A stretch of DNA of 64,000 bases, taken from the NCBI GenBank assembly GCA_023205875.1, contig CP060756.1, forward strand, positions 1,116,001-1,180,000, written 5' to 3'. The stretch is from Chloropicon primus (lineage: Eukaryota). Under the pieces are notes generated by a model. It had not been told where the DNA came from and did no database searches. It saw only the letters and a list, made by a program, of their open reading frames with translations. Shown one piece after another: positions 1 through 9,801 of this stretch (position 1 is the stretch's first letter; every line of letters starts with the position of its first letter). A program made the position numbers and the translations under genes.

Positions 1-222
1 ATTGGCCACTTCGACGCACCTGGCTTCGCCGTCCGCGGAAGCATTCTGGGACGTCCCTCGCTCCCCCCGGAACCAGTCGTCGCCAAGGAGGGCGACGACG
101 TCTTCAGGGGCCACTCTCACCCCACTCCTGATCTGCAGCTCCACGGTGCGTGGGGAAAGCAGCCCAATGCAGGCGAACAGGACCCACGCCACGAGGTACC
201 CCCCCCTCCGAGCGCACAACAT
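1..222 (-). CDS. 5' part of an unknown protein with an N-terminal signal/anchor; runs off the window edge
   Basis: ATG at 222; frame open to position 1: MLCARRGGYLVAWVLFACIGLLSPRTVELQ...; hydrophobic N-terminal stretch. Confidence 0.45.
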   Translation of the reverse strand, partial: MLCARRGGYLVAWVLFACIGLLSPRTVELQIRSGVRVAPEDVVALLGDDWFRGERGTSQNASADGEARCVEVAN

Positions 223-534
223 CCCAACCCCGAGGCCCCCCTAGGATGCCGCGGAAAGAATCCCCCCTCCGGCAACCGCTTCGCGTTGTCGTGCCCAATG
301 TCGTGCCCAGGTGTGCGCCCTTGCCCCGCTCGGCATCCGACGTCGCGGCGCGCGCGCCTCTCGCCCGAGTAACGCTCGACCTCGTCCCCACCCTCGAGCG
401 CCTCGTTACGACGACGGCCAGCCGCTCATTTTGGGGGGGGCGAGAAAAAAAAATCATGCTGTCGGTTGTCCGGTTTTTCCCGTTTCTCCAAAAACAGCCT
501 CCAAGTTTCCAGATTTTGTTGCTTTGGCTTTGGT

Positions 535-1752
535 TCACAAGTTCAAGTCGATCACGATGGAGTCGTCCCCGGGGTGCTGAAACAGGGACTCGTCCCAGAG
601 CCCCAGGCCCTTGAGCTCGTCCTTGAGCGCGCGAATGGCCAGGCCGGCTTCCCTCTGCTTCCTCCTGTCCCCCTCCCCCTTGGCCGTCTTGGCCTTGGTC
701 TTGGCGGCCTCGATCTCTTTCGCGATCTCCGCAAAGGCTTCTTGGGGATCGTCCGGCCTCGACAGCTTCGCGTCCCCGGCGGCCTCGGTGCAAGTCTTGG
801 GCCCGGGCCGCGCGGCGGCCTCGGCCTCCCCCGCGGGGTCGGCGTCATCCGCGTCCACGTCCATCTCCCACTCCCCTCCGTTGTCCTCCTCGCCCGGCGG
901 GCCCATCAGGCTCTCGTCGATGTCGATGGCCTCCGGGTTGTCCCAGTCCTCCTCGTCCTCCGGGACGCCCTTGGGCGGATCAGGGAATCCGCCCTCCGGG
1001 GAGAAGGTCAGGAACCGGACCTCCTGGCCCTCGGCTACCGACGCGACGGTCAAGTGCTTCCTGGCGCTGTGAGCGACGCGGGCCGAGGCGATGAGGTGGA
1101 GGGGGTCGATGGGATCGTGCAAGCTCGAGACCTTCAGGGTCACAAAGGCGTGGGCATCGTCCGGGTTGGTCTCGTACACCAAGTACTGCGCCCCGAACTT
1201 CTTCCCGTCCGTCACTGCGTACCCTTTGTCCTTCATCTTGCGGTACACGCAGAGCTTCTCCCGCTCCACCGCGAGCTTCGAGCCCGGGCAGCCCGTCGCG
1301 TCCACCGCCGCCACGTCCCCCGCGAGCGGGAACCTCACCTTGCCCCTCCCGTTGAGCCTCGCCAGGAAGCTCTCCACCCTCTGCGGATCGTGTCCCCCTA
1401 CCAAAGCCCCGGCGGCCCCGCCTCCCCCCGGCCCGCGCTCCTCGACGGACTTCACCGACACGATCTCAATCGCGCCCTTCTCCAGGAGGTACGCCACGGC
1501 CTCGGGCTGGATCTGCACTGGGAGACCGTGAATGCCGTTCTGCTGCAGTTGGCCCGGCACGGCTCCCACGGCGCTCCCGTAGACGTTGTGCTCCGACTTG
1601 AGCCTCTCCACGTCCCTCTCGCTCCACACGAATCCCATTCCCCACAGAATGTCCACCTGAATCTTCCCGCACGACGAGAACGAGGCCTCCCTCCCCGAGG
1701 ACGAGGCCTCCTTCTCCACTGCTCTTGTTCCCCCCGTCGGATCCGTGCCCAT
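535..1752 (-). CDS. SEN34: tRNA-splicing endonuclease catalytic subunit, Sen34-like, with acidic and helical C-terminal extension
   Basis: GKKFGAQYLVYETNPDDAHA and ARVAHSARK motifs (Tyr/His/Lys catalytic set); likely start MGTDP at 1752 within ORF 535..2637. Confidence 0.8.
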   Translation of the reverse strand: MGTDPTGGTRAVEKEASSSGREASFSSCGKIQVDILWGMGFVWSERDVERLKSEHNVYGSAVGAVPGQLQQNGIHGLPVQIQPEAVAYLLEKGAIEIVSVKSVEERGPGGGGAAGALVGGHDPQRVESFLARLNGRGKVRFPLAGDVAAVDATGCPGSKLAVEREKLCVYRKMKDKGYAVTDGKKFGAQYLVYETNPDDAHAFVTLKVSSLHDPIDPLHLIASARVAHSARKHLTVASVAEGQEVRFLTFSPEGGFPDPPKGVPEDEEDWDNPEAIDIDESLMGPPGEEDNGGEWEMDVDADDADPAGEAEAAARPGPKTCTEAAGDAKLSRPDDPQEAFAEIAKEIEAAKTKAKTAKGEGDRRKQREAGLAIRALKDELKGLGLWDESLFQHPGDDSIVIDLNL

Positions 1753-2058
1753 CTCGTCGCTGTTGACCTGACCCTGCCCTACCTCTGGCGGCGCCGCTCC
1801 GAGTCCACGCCCAACGCTCCCTCCTTCCCTCCCCCCTCCCACCAGCACCCTCAACACAGGCAGACACCCTCCCACCCTCCGACTCGCCTCCGCCGACGCC
1901 GAAAGGCGATCGCAATCGATCGCAATCGATCGATCCTTGGCTTTGGAGGGGAGGGGGAAACCTTTTTTGTTTGCGGATAAACTTGGGCGGATAAGGGGGG
2001 GGGGACAAACAAAAGTTTTGTTTGTTTGTGTCGCGACTGGACTAGTGCTTGGCGGGGT

Positions 2059-2821
2059 ATGTTGGAGGGGTGTTGGAGGCGCTTGCGCTCGGGGGCGCTG
2101 TGCACGTGCTCGACGAGCAGGAGGGAGAGTCGCGTGGTCGCCGTGAGGGCGAGGAGAAGGACGGGACCTCTGGAGTTCGGGGACAGGGTCCCGCCCAAGT
2201 TCGACCAGCAGTTCGACCCCTTTGGGGAGAGCATCTACAACAAGGCCGACTACTGGGAGGCCAGCTTTTACAACGAGCCGGACGAGACGCCTGTGGAGGT
2301 TTACTTGGACAGTAAGTGCGAACGGCGTATCGCGAGTCCCGCAAGACACTTTTTGAAGCCAAACAAACTGCTGACCTGTTGCCCACTCCTCCTCACCACT
2401 TCCCACTTTTTCTTTCTCTCGCTCTCCGTGCGGAACAACAACAGACTTGAGGAAGAGCGAGGTGATTGCCAAGCTGAAGGAGGACTCGACCAAGTTGTCC
2501 AAAGTCAACAGCGCCGACCTCCCGGAGGCCCTCTCCGACTCTCCCAGCCCCCTGCAGGTCGTCTTCGTGCACTTGAGGTGGTGCAAGGGAAGCAAGGAGC
2601 TGCTCCCGCTCGCGGAGGAGCTTGCCCAAGGCTCCAAGGACGCAGACTTCTTTCAGGTGACTCTGGCGGAGCCCAAGGGGGACTGCGAGCTCCTGAGCGA
2701 TGTGTGGCTCTCGCCGACCGTCAAAATTTTCCGCAACGGCGAAGAGGTGAGCGCGATGGCAGACCCTTCCGTGCAAGAGCTGGGGCAGGCCCTGAGGGAA
2801 CACGGCGCCTTGGCACAATAA
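2059..2821 (+). CDS. Plastid-targeted thioredoxin-fold protein with atypical WCKGS site (2 exons, intron 2312-2444)
   Basis: Transit-peptide-like N-terminus; GTAAGT..CTGAC..CAG intron joins frames; VVFVHLRWCKGS and SPTVKIFRNG thioredoxin signatures. Confidence 0.7.
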
Positions 2822-2868
2822 GTGGTAAAACAAACAAAAAATCTTGGATTTGCTAGAATACAGCGCCA

Positions 2869-4761
2869 TCAAAAAACATCCGCCTCGTTCGCGTCCCAGG
2901 TCTTGCTCCCAGGTGATTTTATTTTCAAGCTCGGCATCTGGGCGTCGTAGCCGACTCGCTCTTCCGTGAGCTTGTCTAGGACAGAGTAGAGGGCCAAAAG
3001 CTTGGACATGGCGCCCGTCGAGTTTCTGAGAAAGGACAGAACGGGGGACTTGCTCTGCTGGGACTTGATCTCCACGAACCGGCAGCCCTCCTCCTTCGGG
3101 ATGCCGGCAAGTTCCTTCGCCACGTCAACAGCGACGTCAAACCCCCCAATGTAATCGACCAAACCCTTTGCTTTTGCGTCCTCGCCGGTCCACACCCTTC
3201 CCTGAGCGACCTCCTCCATGGACTCGATGTCCATGTTCCTGCTAAACGCGGCCTTGTCCCTGAAGCTCTCGTAGGCGTTCTGGGCTCCGGCCTTGAAGTA
3301 CTCGTGCTCAAAATCTTTGAAGGCCCTGCTGCTCGTGTTGAGCTCGGCGTACTTGCCCTTGGAGACTCGCTCCGAGTTGAAGCCAACCTTCTCGTTCAGC
3401 TCCTCGAGGTTGAACTTTCCCGTTACGACACCAATCGATCCAGTCAAGGTGAGGGACTCCGCGACGATCTTGTCGCAAGCCATGGACATGTAGTACCCCC
3501 CCGAGGCAGCCACGTCCACCATCGACGCCACCACTGGCTTCACCTTAGCCAGCTCCCTGATCTCGTTCCACATCAAGTCACTCGCCAGAGCATCCCCGCC
3601 AGGCGAGTCGATCCTCAAAACCACGGCTTTGACCATCTTGTTCTTCTTCAAGCCCTTGATGCTCTTGATGAAGGCATTGGAAGAGATCCCGCTTCCCGTG
3701 GCGCCGGCGTCGCGAGAGATGGCCCCGGACGACCGCACGACGGCGATCGCGTGCTTGGCGTTCTTGGTGAAGCTTGGCGTCGCGAGATACTTGGAGAATC
3801 CCACGGACTGCATCTCGTCCTTTGGGCCGCCTGTCCTTGGTCTGATCAACTCTTCGATCTCGTTCATGTACTTTGATGAGGTGATCCACCCGTTTTTGGC
3901 CAAGTATTCCACCTTGTGCGGGCCTGTGTTAAGAAGTTCTTCAACCTCCTCCCTCGTCCTGCCCTTGTCCCGGCTGATGCTCTCCACGAAATACTCGTAG
4001 ATGCTCTCCACCAGCCTCTCCGAAACGGTCCTCTGAGCGTCCGACATGTCCCTCCTCAGAAGCTGATCGCCAGCCGACTTGTACCGGCCGATCCGCTCGA
4101 CCTGCGGCTCTATCCCTATCCGCTCCAGCACCCCTCGCAGGAAAGAGTTCTCGATCACCACGCCCGTCAGCGAGAAGTACGCACCGGGAGGAACGTAGAT
4201 CTCCTCGCAGGCACTTGCGAGGAGGTACTCCTTCAAGCCTCCCAGCTCGAAGTAAGCGACCGTGAACTTTCCGCAGAGCCTGAACTCCTCGATGGCCCGC
4301 CTGAGCTCCTGCAGCTTTCCGTAACCGCACGACAAGGGCGTGATTTTTAGGTACAACCCGCAGATGGTCGGATCCGACGCGGCCTTCTTGATGTTCATCG
4401 TGATTCTGGGCAGCGTTGCCTCCTTTTTGAAGGGGTTCGACCCTCCGGAGCTCTCTGGCACCGCGTCGCCTATGCTCATGCAAAGAGCAGTCCCGGGTGG
4501 GACGCCCTTCCACGGCGGCCTCACGGACGCCTTCATCATGTTCCTCGTCCTCTCGTCGAGGCCCTTGGCCTCCTCCTGCTGAGGCTTCGCCTCCTGCTCG
4601 ACCTCCGTGGTCGCCCTCGACCTCACCAAGTTCCCCAGCTCTCGCTCCCTCCTCCTTGCGACGACGACGGAAAGGGAGCCCGCGCGCCTCGCGACAGGGG
4701 CCGCGGCGCACTTGCCTTGCGGCACCCTCGCAGTCGCCGGAGTCACGACGAGCATCCTCAT
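2869..4761 (-). CDS. SPPA: Chloroplast protease IV / signal peptide peptidase (two S49 domains)
   Basis: [36 protein letters not shown] and GRYKSAGD motifs; transit peptide. Confidence 0.93.
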   Translation of the reverse strand: MRMLVVTPATARVPQGKCAAAPVARRAGSLSVVVARRRERELGNLVRSRATTEVEQEAKPQQEEAKGLDERTRNMMKASVRPPWKGVPPGTALCMSIGDAVPESSGGSNPFKKEATLPRITMNIKKAASDPTICGLYLKITPLSCGYGKLQELRRAIEEFRLCGKFTVAYFELGGLKEYLLASACEEIYVPPGAYFSLTGVVIENSFLRGVLERIGIEPQVERIGRYKSAGDQLLRRDMSDAQRTVSERLVESIYEYFVESISRDKGRTREEVEELLNTGPHKVEYLAKNGWITSSKYMNEIEELIRPRTGGPKDEMQSVGFSKYLATPSFTKNAKHAIAVVRSSGAISRDAGATGSGISSNAFIKSIKGLKKNKMVKAVVLRIDSPGGDALASDLMWNEIRELAKVKPVVASMVDVAASGGYYMSMACDKIVAESLTLTGSIGVVTGKFNLEELNEKVGFNSERVSKGKYAELNTSSRAFKDFEHEYFKAGAQNAYESFRDKAAFSRNMDIESMEEVAQGRVWTGEDAKAKGLVDYIGGFDVAVDVAKELAGIPKEEGCRFVEIKSQQSKSPVLSFLRNSTGAMSKLLALYSVLDKLTEERVGYDAQMPSLKIKSPGSKTWDANEADVF

Positions 4762-4943
4762 CCTCACCACCTCAATAATAAGACTGGAGTGCGAGTTGTG
4801 AGTGTGCCTTGGCTTCTCTCTCCGCCCTGGCTCTGCACCCGCGAGGGAGGATCTGAGCCACAAGCCAAGCCCCAGATCTCCTGGGAGATCCTATGGAGAA
4901 GCCTGATCGAAAAGGGTGCACAGTGTACAACAACAATTCAAGC

Positions 4944-6880
4944 TTAAAGCTTAAGGGCGTTCTTGTTCTCCCGGGCGCCCGCCCCCCCCTTGGCCGACTT
5001 GGAGCTCCTTCCCTCGCTCGCTTTGTCCTTCTGGGCCGCCGCTTGCTCCTGCTGCTCTTGGAGCAACTTGAAGACGTCCCCGGATTTGGAGTAACGGACT
5101 TTCTTTCCCTGAGGGACCTCCTCCTCGAAGGATTTTCTGCCGAGCTTCTTCCTCGGCGCGTTCTCCCTGGCCTCCCCGGCGTTCTTGGCCTTCTTCCTCT
5201 TCTTGTTGGTCCTCCTCCTCGACCTCCTCTCCTCCTTCTCCAGCTCCCCGTCCGCCTTGACCAAGCCCTTGCTCGGCGCCTTGATTTCTCCGGGAGCGAG
5301 GGTACCCGCAGTGGAGAGCGCCTCCATACCGACCTCCTCCATTGCGATTGCCGGGGTGTTGGCCGCGTTCTGGTCCCCGACGCTCTCGGTGATGGGCCTC
5401 GGCGTGAACTCAAAGTGGGACATGGCGTCCAGGTGAGCAGCTATCGACCTGTACAGGATCCAGCAGGCCTCCTGCTTCTTCTTCTGCTTGTCCTCGATGT
5501 CGGAAAACCCTCTGATCTGCATGTACTCGGACTCGTAGATCTCCGCCAGTCCCCTGGCCGACTTCTTGTCGTCCAGCTCCTCGCCTGCCTGGGCCTCCTC
5601 GGGCGCCTCCGCGACCACGATCGGAATCACGTCGTCGAACAAGCCTTCGCTGATTCGCGCCTTGATGATGTCCTCGATCTCGTCGGCCATCTCCTGGGTG
5701 GGCTCTATCGGGGGATTCGCAGAGTGCTGGAAATCTAGGTCCACCTCCAGCAGACTGTTCTCTGGCCTCTGCGAAGCCTTGACTTCTCCCTTCATGGTCC
5801 AGTGGGCCTCCGCCATGTTGGCGTCCTCCAACCGCTTGATCCTCCGCTCCAACCTCTCGGATCTGATCTCCTGCCTCGACTTCTTCTCCGCAACCTCGTC
5901 CTCGTCATCCTCCTCCGACGCAACCTTCGCGGGATCCTCCCACCGAGGACCTCCAGCCCGCCCTTCGTCGGCCTTGTCATCACTGTCGTCGCCCTCGTCC
6001 TCGTCCATGGCGAACCTCACGGACTTCTTCGCTTCACCCCGACGCCCCTTCTTCTCCTTCTTGAAGAAGTCGTCGTACATCATACGCTTGTCCCTCTCGT
6101 CCTCCTCGTCCTCCTCGTCGTCTTCCTCTTCCTCCTCGTCGTCTTCACCCGATTCGCCCTCGTCCATCATCTCCTTCTCGTATAGCTCCTCGGCCTGCTG
6201 CACAAAGTCTTCCATCTGGCCGAGGCGGAAGAACTGGTCCTCCGTCGGAAGGAGCTCACCTTCAACCTCACCCTCGCTGTCCTCTTCACTCTCGCTGTGG
6301 CTCTCCCCAGCAGCAACCCCAGCGTCCTCGCTGCTGCTCCCGTCGTCGTCTTCGTCGTCTTCGTCGCTGCTATCGGAACCCGAAGAGTCCTCGTCGTCCT
6401 CAAGGGAGGTGTCTGACCTCGCCTGCTCCTCCTGGAGCTCGTGCGCAAGAAACTCCTCGAACTCAGAGTCGTCCGAAGACGCCGCCTCGCCCGACTCCAC
6501 ATCACTCTCACTCTCACTCTCCTGGTCCTGCAACATGGAAGAAGAAGAAAAAAAGAAAAAGAATAGGCGCGGGAAAGGCGGTGAGCGCGCCGAGCACAAC
6601 GCAGCGTATAATCCATCCAACCGAGTCGACTTACCTCGATCCGATCGAGCAGCGCTCCGAGCTTTTTGTCCAGACTAGCAAGGTGCTTGGTCGTTTGCAG
6701 GTCCAGCTGATACCAAATTTGTTCCGCGTCAAAGCCTTGGACGTGTATCTTCCCAGGCCCGAGGTCCGCCAGCGCGCTCCTCGCAGCCTTGACCAGCTCT
6801 GCTTGCTTTTTCCTCTCCCTTCCCAGGAAGTCGCCCTCCTCCGCCTCTAAGAGGAGAGACAGGGGTGCCGCAGCCGCCAT
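4944..6880 (-). CDS. MPP10: U3 snoRNP protein Mpp10 (2 exons, intron 6528-6634)
   Basis: GFDAEQIWYQLDL, DQFFRLGQMEDF, WTMKGEVKASQRPENSLLE, LDAMSHFEFTP motifs; acidic tracts; canonical splice sites. Confidence 0.93.
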
Positions 6881-7094
6881 GATGATTGAAAGACGAAAAA
6901 ATCGCTTCCAGCTTGCAGGATTTGTGAGGGGAAGAGCAGGGAGGTCTCTCTCTCTCTCGGCGGGAGGAGTAGTGGGGAGTTCCGAGGCCCGAGGGGGAGG
7001 GGGGGAAGGGACTCGGGAGCACAGGGGGGGTTGCGCTTGACTCTCAAAAAGGGACCGACCGGACCGGGGAAGGAGGAGTTTCGCTTTGTTCGGG

Positions 7095-7313
7095 ATGGCG
7101 GACAGTGAGGAGGAGAGGCTGTTCAGGCTGTACAAGGAGCAGGCCGAGGGCGTCGGACCGATCCTCGCGAAGACCTTGCAGGACTCCCTCAAGCTGAGGG
7201 GGAAGTCCCTCGAGAAGCTGGAGGCCGAGATCAAGGAGCAGCTCGCCTCCCTCAAAACGGATGAGAAGGTCCTTCTCCACGTGCTGGAAAAGCAGTTTGG
7301 GGAGGAGGGGTGA
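7095..7313 (+). CDS. Small (72 aa) helical/coiled-coil protein of unknown function
   Basis: ATG at 7095, GC3-rich codon usage like neighbours, amphipathic helix pattern; divergent from MPP10. Confidence 0.6.
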   Translation: MADSEEERLFRLYKEQAEGVGPILAKTLQDSLKLRGKSLEKLEAEIKEQLASLKTDEKVLLHVLEKQFGEEG

Positions 7314-7468
7314 TTCGGTCGTCCGACCGTCGTCCCGCTGTATGTCGAGCACGTGTACCAACAGAGAAACAAGCGTGTAGCAAAGCAAGAAGAGAGAGAA
7401 TACCCCTTAATTGTATCCTTATTGAAAATCTATATAATGGTTTACTTCAACTCTCGACCACCGAGGAG

Positions 7469-8879
7469 TCACTCCACGCCATCTTTCAAGCTTGCTTCGA
7501 CCAGCTCGCCAAGCACGGAGCCTTTCGCACGACGGGGCGAGGGGGTTCCCGAGGAGTATTTTTCGGCAGCAACAACGCGGTGAATAGGAAGAGTCAGTTG
7601 GGGTTGGCGGGGGCGAGTTCGCGCAGCGCATCCTCTCTCAGGGCTTGGACTTACTCAAGAGAAACGTCACAGTGAGGCTGACCGTGACTCCGAGCCACGC
7701 GTTCCTCCTGTACTTGAAGACCTTGTCTTCCTCTGCCTGTGGCTTCTTCTTCCTCCTTCTCTTCAACCTTATTCCAGCGATGCTCGCTGGGGGGATAGAA
7801 CAAGCAACAACAAGGGGAGAACACAATTCCAATCGTTAGCCTATCGAGTGAATCGAAGCTCCTTCTCGGCAAGCAAGCGTTCCGATTTACCTGGGTCTTT
7901 CAAGGCAGCGGCTTCCGGGCCAAAGTGAGCTCTTGAGATGTCGTCCACGTATTTGCTCAGCGCTGGGTAATTCTTCAGAGTGCTCCCGAAGAGGAGCTCC
8001 CCCACTGGGGAGGACTTGTGGTAGAGAATGTGGGCGTACACCGCCGCGTCAAGCCTTGTTGGCCGTCCAAAGAAGTACTTCTTGCCCTTGAGCTTCTTCG
8101 TCAAGCAATTGTAAACCTTTGCCAGAAGATCCAACACCTGTGTGTCACCCAGGGCGGAACGGTGCAGACGACAAGGAAGGAGGACATCAGCGTCAGAGAG
8201 ATAATGATCTTGCATAAAGCAAAGCAGATCAGCTTACCTGTTCCTCGCTTCTGACGTTCATGGTCTTCATCTTGGCGAGGGCCTCCTGCCTCTTCTTCCA
8301 AGGAAAGATGTAGCTCAGTGGGAAGGGGTAGATCTTCGCGTAGAAAGCCTGGTGCGTGCGTGCGGCAAGAAGCAACAGGAGCAGAGAGGGCGAGTTCAGT
8401 AAAGCCGCATTGCGTCATGCAAACCAACGGTCAAAGACGTCGTTGCTTCGAGTTCTTACCCTCGTGCACTCCGAGTACGACTGGTCGTCACACCACAGCG
8501 CCCACCGAGTCGTTGGCACCAAGGCGTTCTCCACCAGAGACATGTAAGCTTCGAGGTCGCTCTGATCTTCCACCGATAAGCCGGCATCCAAATCGAGGCC
8601 AGCCTTCTTCAATCCCTCGACGAGATCCCTCAACGCGCCTCCTGATCCACCGCTGCCATTCCCTTGGGCGCCACCGCCCTCGCCTCCCGCCCCCATGGCA
8701 ACCCCATCGATATCCACACAGGGCAAAGTCCCTGTGGGCGAGCTATTCTCGCTCGTCGACGCTTCCTCTTGGAACTTCACGCCATAAAGCCTAAGGTAGG
8801 CCTCTGCATGGATGCAATCGTACGAAAAGGACGGAAGGCCCCATGCCGCCTCGAACTTGTACAACGTCACGCACGCCAT
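7469..8879 (-). CDS. MTX1: Metaxin (Sam37-like) mitochondrial outer-membrane import protein; 5 exons (8879-8460, 8348-8238, 8137-7891, 7786-7655, 7521-7469)
   Basis: WGLPS..C...EAYLRL, SPTGTLP, KYFFGRPTRLDAAVYAH GST-like motifs; C-terminal TM; exon phases consistent. Confidence 0.85.
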
Positions 8880-9000
8880 CAATCACCGGCTCCTCACACC
8901 CTCTTCAAGCCCAAGCCTCCTCTCTGATGGATTGATCAGCAGCAGCAGCAGCAGGCGGAGGCCGAGGGGGACTTTGTGTGAGAGGGACCAAACACTCGTG

Positions 9001-9138
9001 ATGGCGGTGGAGAATGGGACGGTAGTGAAGCTAACGGTGGCATCCTTTGTGGCTGGAGTCGTGGTTGGGTTCCAGTTGAACCGCGGTCTGAGAGGGAAAC
9101 TCCGTTCGCTTCTCAAGAGATTGAACAACAACCTGTAA
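9001..9138 (+). CDS. 45-aa single-TM micropeptide, mitoregulin-like
   Basis: MAVENGTVVKLTVASFVAGVVVGFQLNRGLRGKLRSLLKRLNNNL: TM followed by a basic amphipathic tail. Confidence 0.6.
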   Translation: MAVENGTVVKLTVASFVAGVVVGFQLNRGLRGKLRSLLKRLNNNL

Positions 9139-9200
9139 AGCGAAAGTGGACGAGGATCTCCTCCTGCGAAAGTGGATTGTCCCTCGGCCGAGGGAGAGGG

Positions 9201-9761
9201 ATGGGTTATGTCACGAAGATGGACGAGGATCTCCTGCTCAGCCTGGATGCGGAGGACCGGAGCACCGCGAGCGGCGGCGACGTCAGGGAGGACCTCAGCC
9301 GGACGAGGGAGTTCATCTCCTCGCATGTGTTCGAGGGGGGCGCCGGTCCGTCGACTGAGCCCAAGGAGTTGAGACTGTTGGGCATGCTGGAAGCGGTGGA
9401 CCGAATGATCGGAAGCCTGGACAGCGCGAGGAGGGCGGGGGCGGGGGTAACTCGGCGTCTGGCCGAGCTTACCGAGAGGGTGGCGGGCCTCTTTGAGGAC
9501 CTTAGCGATGCGAGGGAGTTGGTTTCGTCCCTCGAGGAGAAGGAGGGTGCCAAGGACTTGCTCTTGCTGCCCGAGGACGTCCTGTCCCGCGATCTGCCCG
9601 ACGATTTGGCCTCCCTGCCACCCGACCGCCAGTTGTTGTGGCGCGAACTCGTGAGCCTGCTGCAGAGGGAGCACCAGAGGGCGCTGGAGGTCACCGAGCT
9701 GAGGCAGCTTGTAGCGGTCGAGGAAGAAGCGGCCTTGAGGCGACTCGCTGACTCGATTTGA
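9201..9761 (+). CDS. Unknown acidic, leucine-rich helical protein (~180 aa)
   Basis: Open frame with gene-like codon usage; ATG at 9201 or 9219; followed by an AT-rich 3' region. Confidence 0.6.
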   Translation: MGYVTKMDEDLLLSLDAEDRSTASGGDVREDLSRTREFISSHVFEGGAGPSTEPKELRLLGMLEAVDRMIGSLDSARRAGAGVTRRLAELTERVAGLFEDLSDARELVSSLEEKEGAKDLLLLPEDVLSRDLPDDLASLPPDRQLLWRELVSLLQREHQRALEVTELRQLVAVEEEAALRRLADSI

Positions 9762-9801
9762 CGGCAGATATAAATAGAATTAAATACTTGTTGGTTGTCT
9801 C

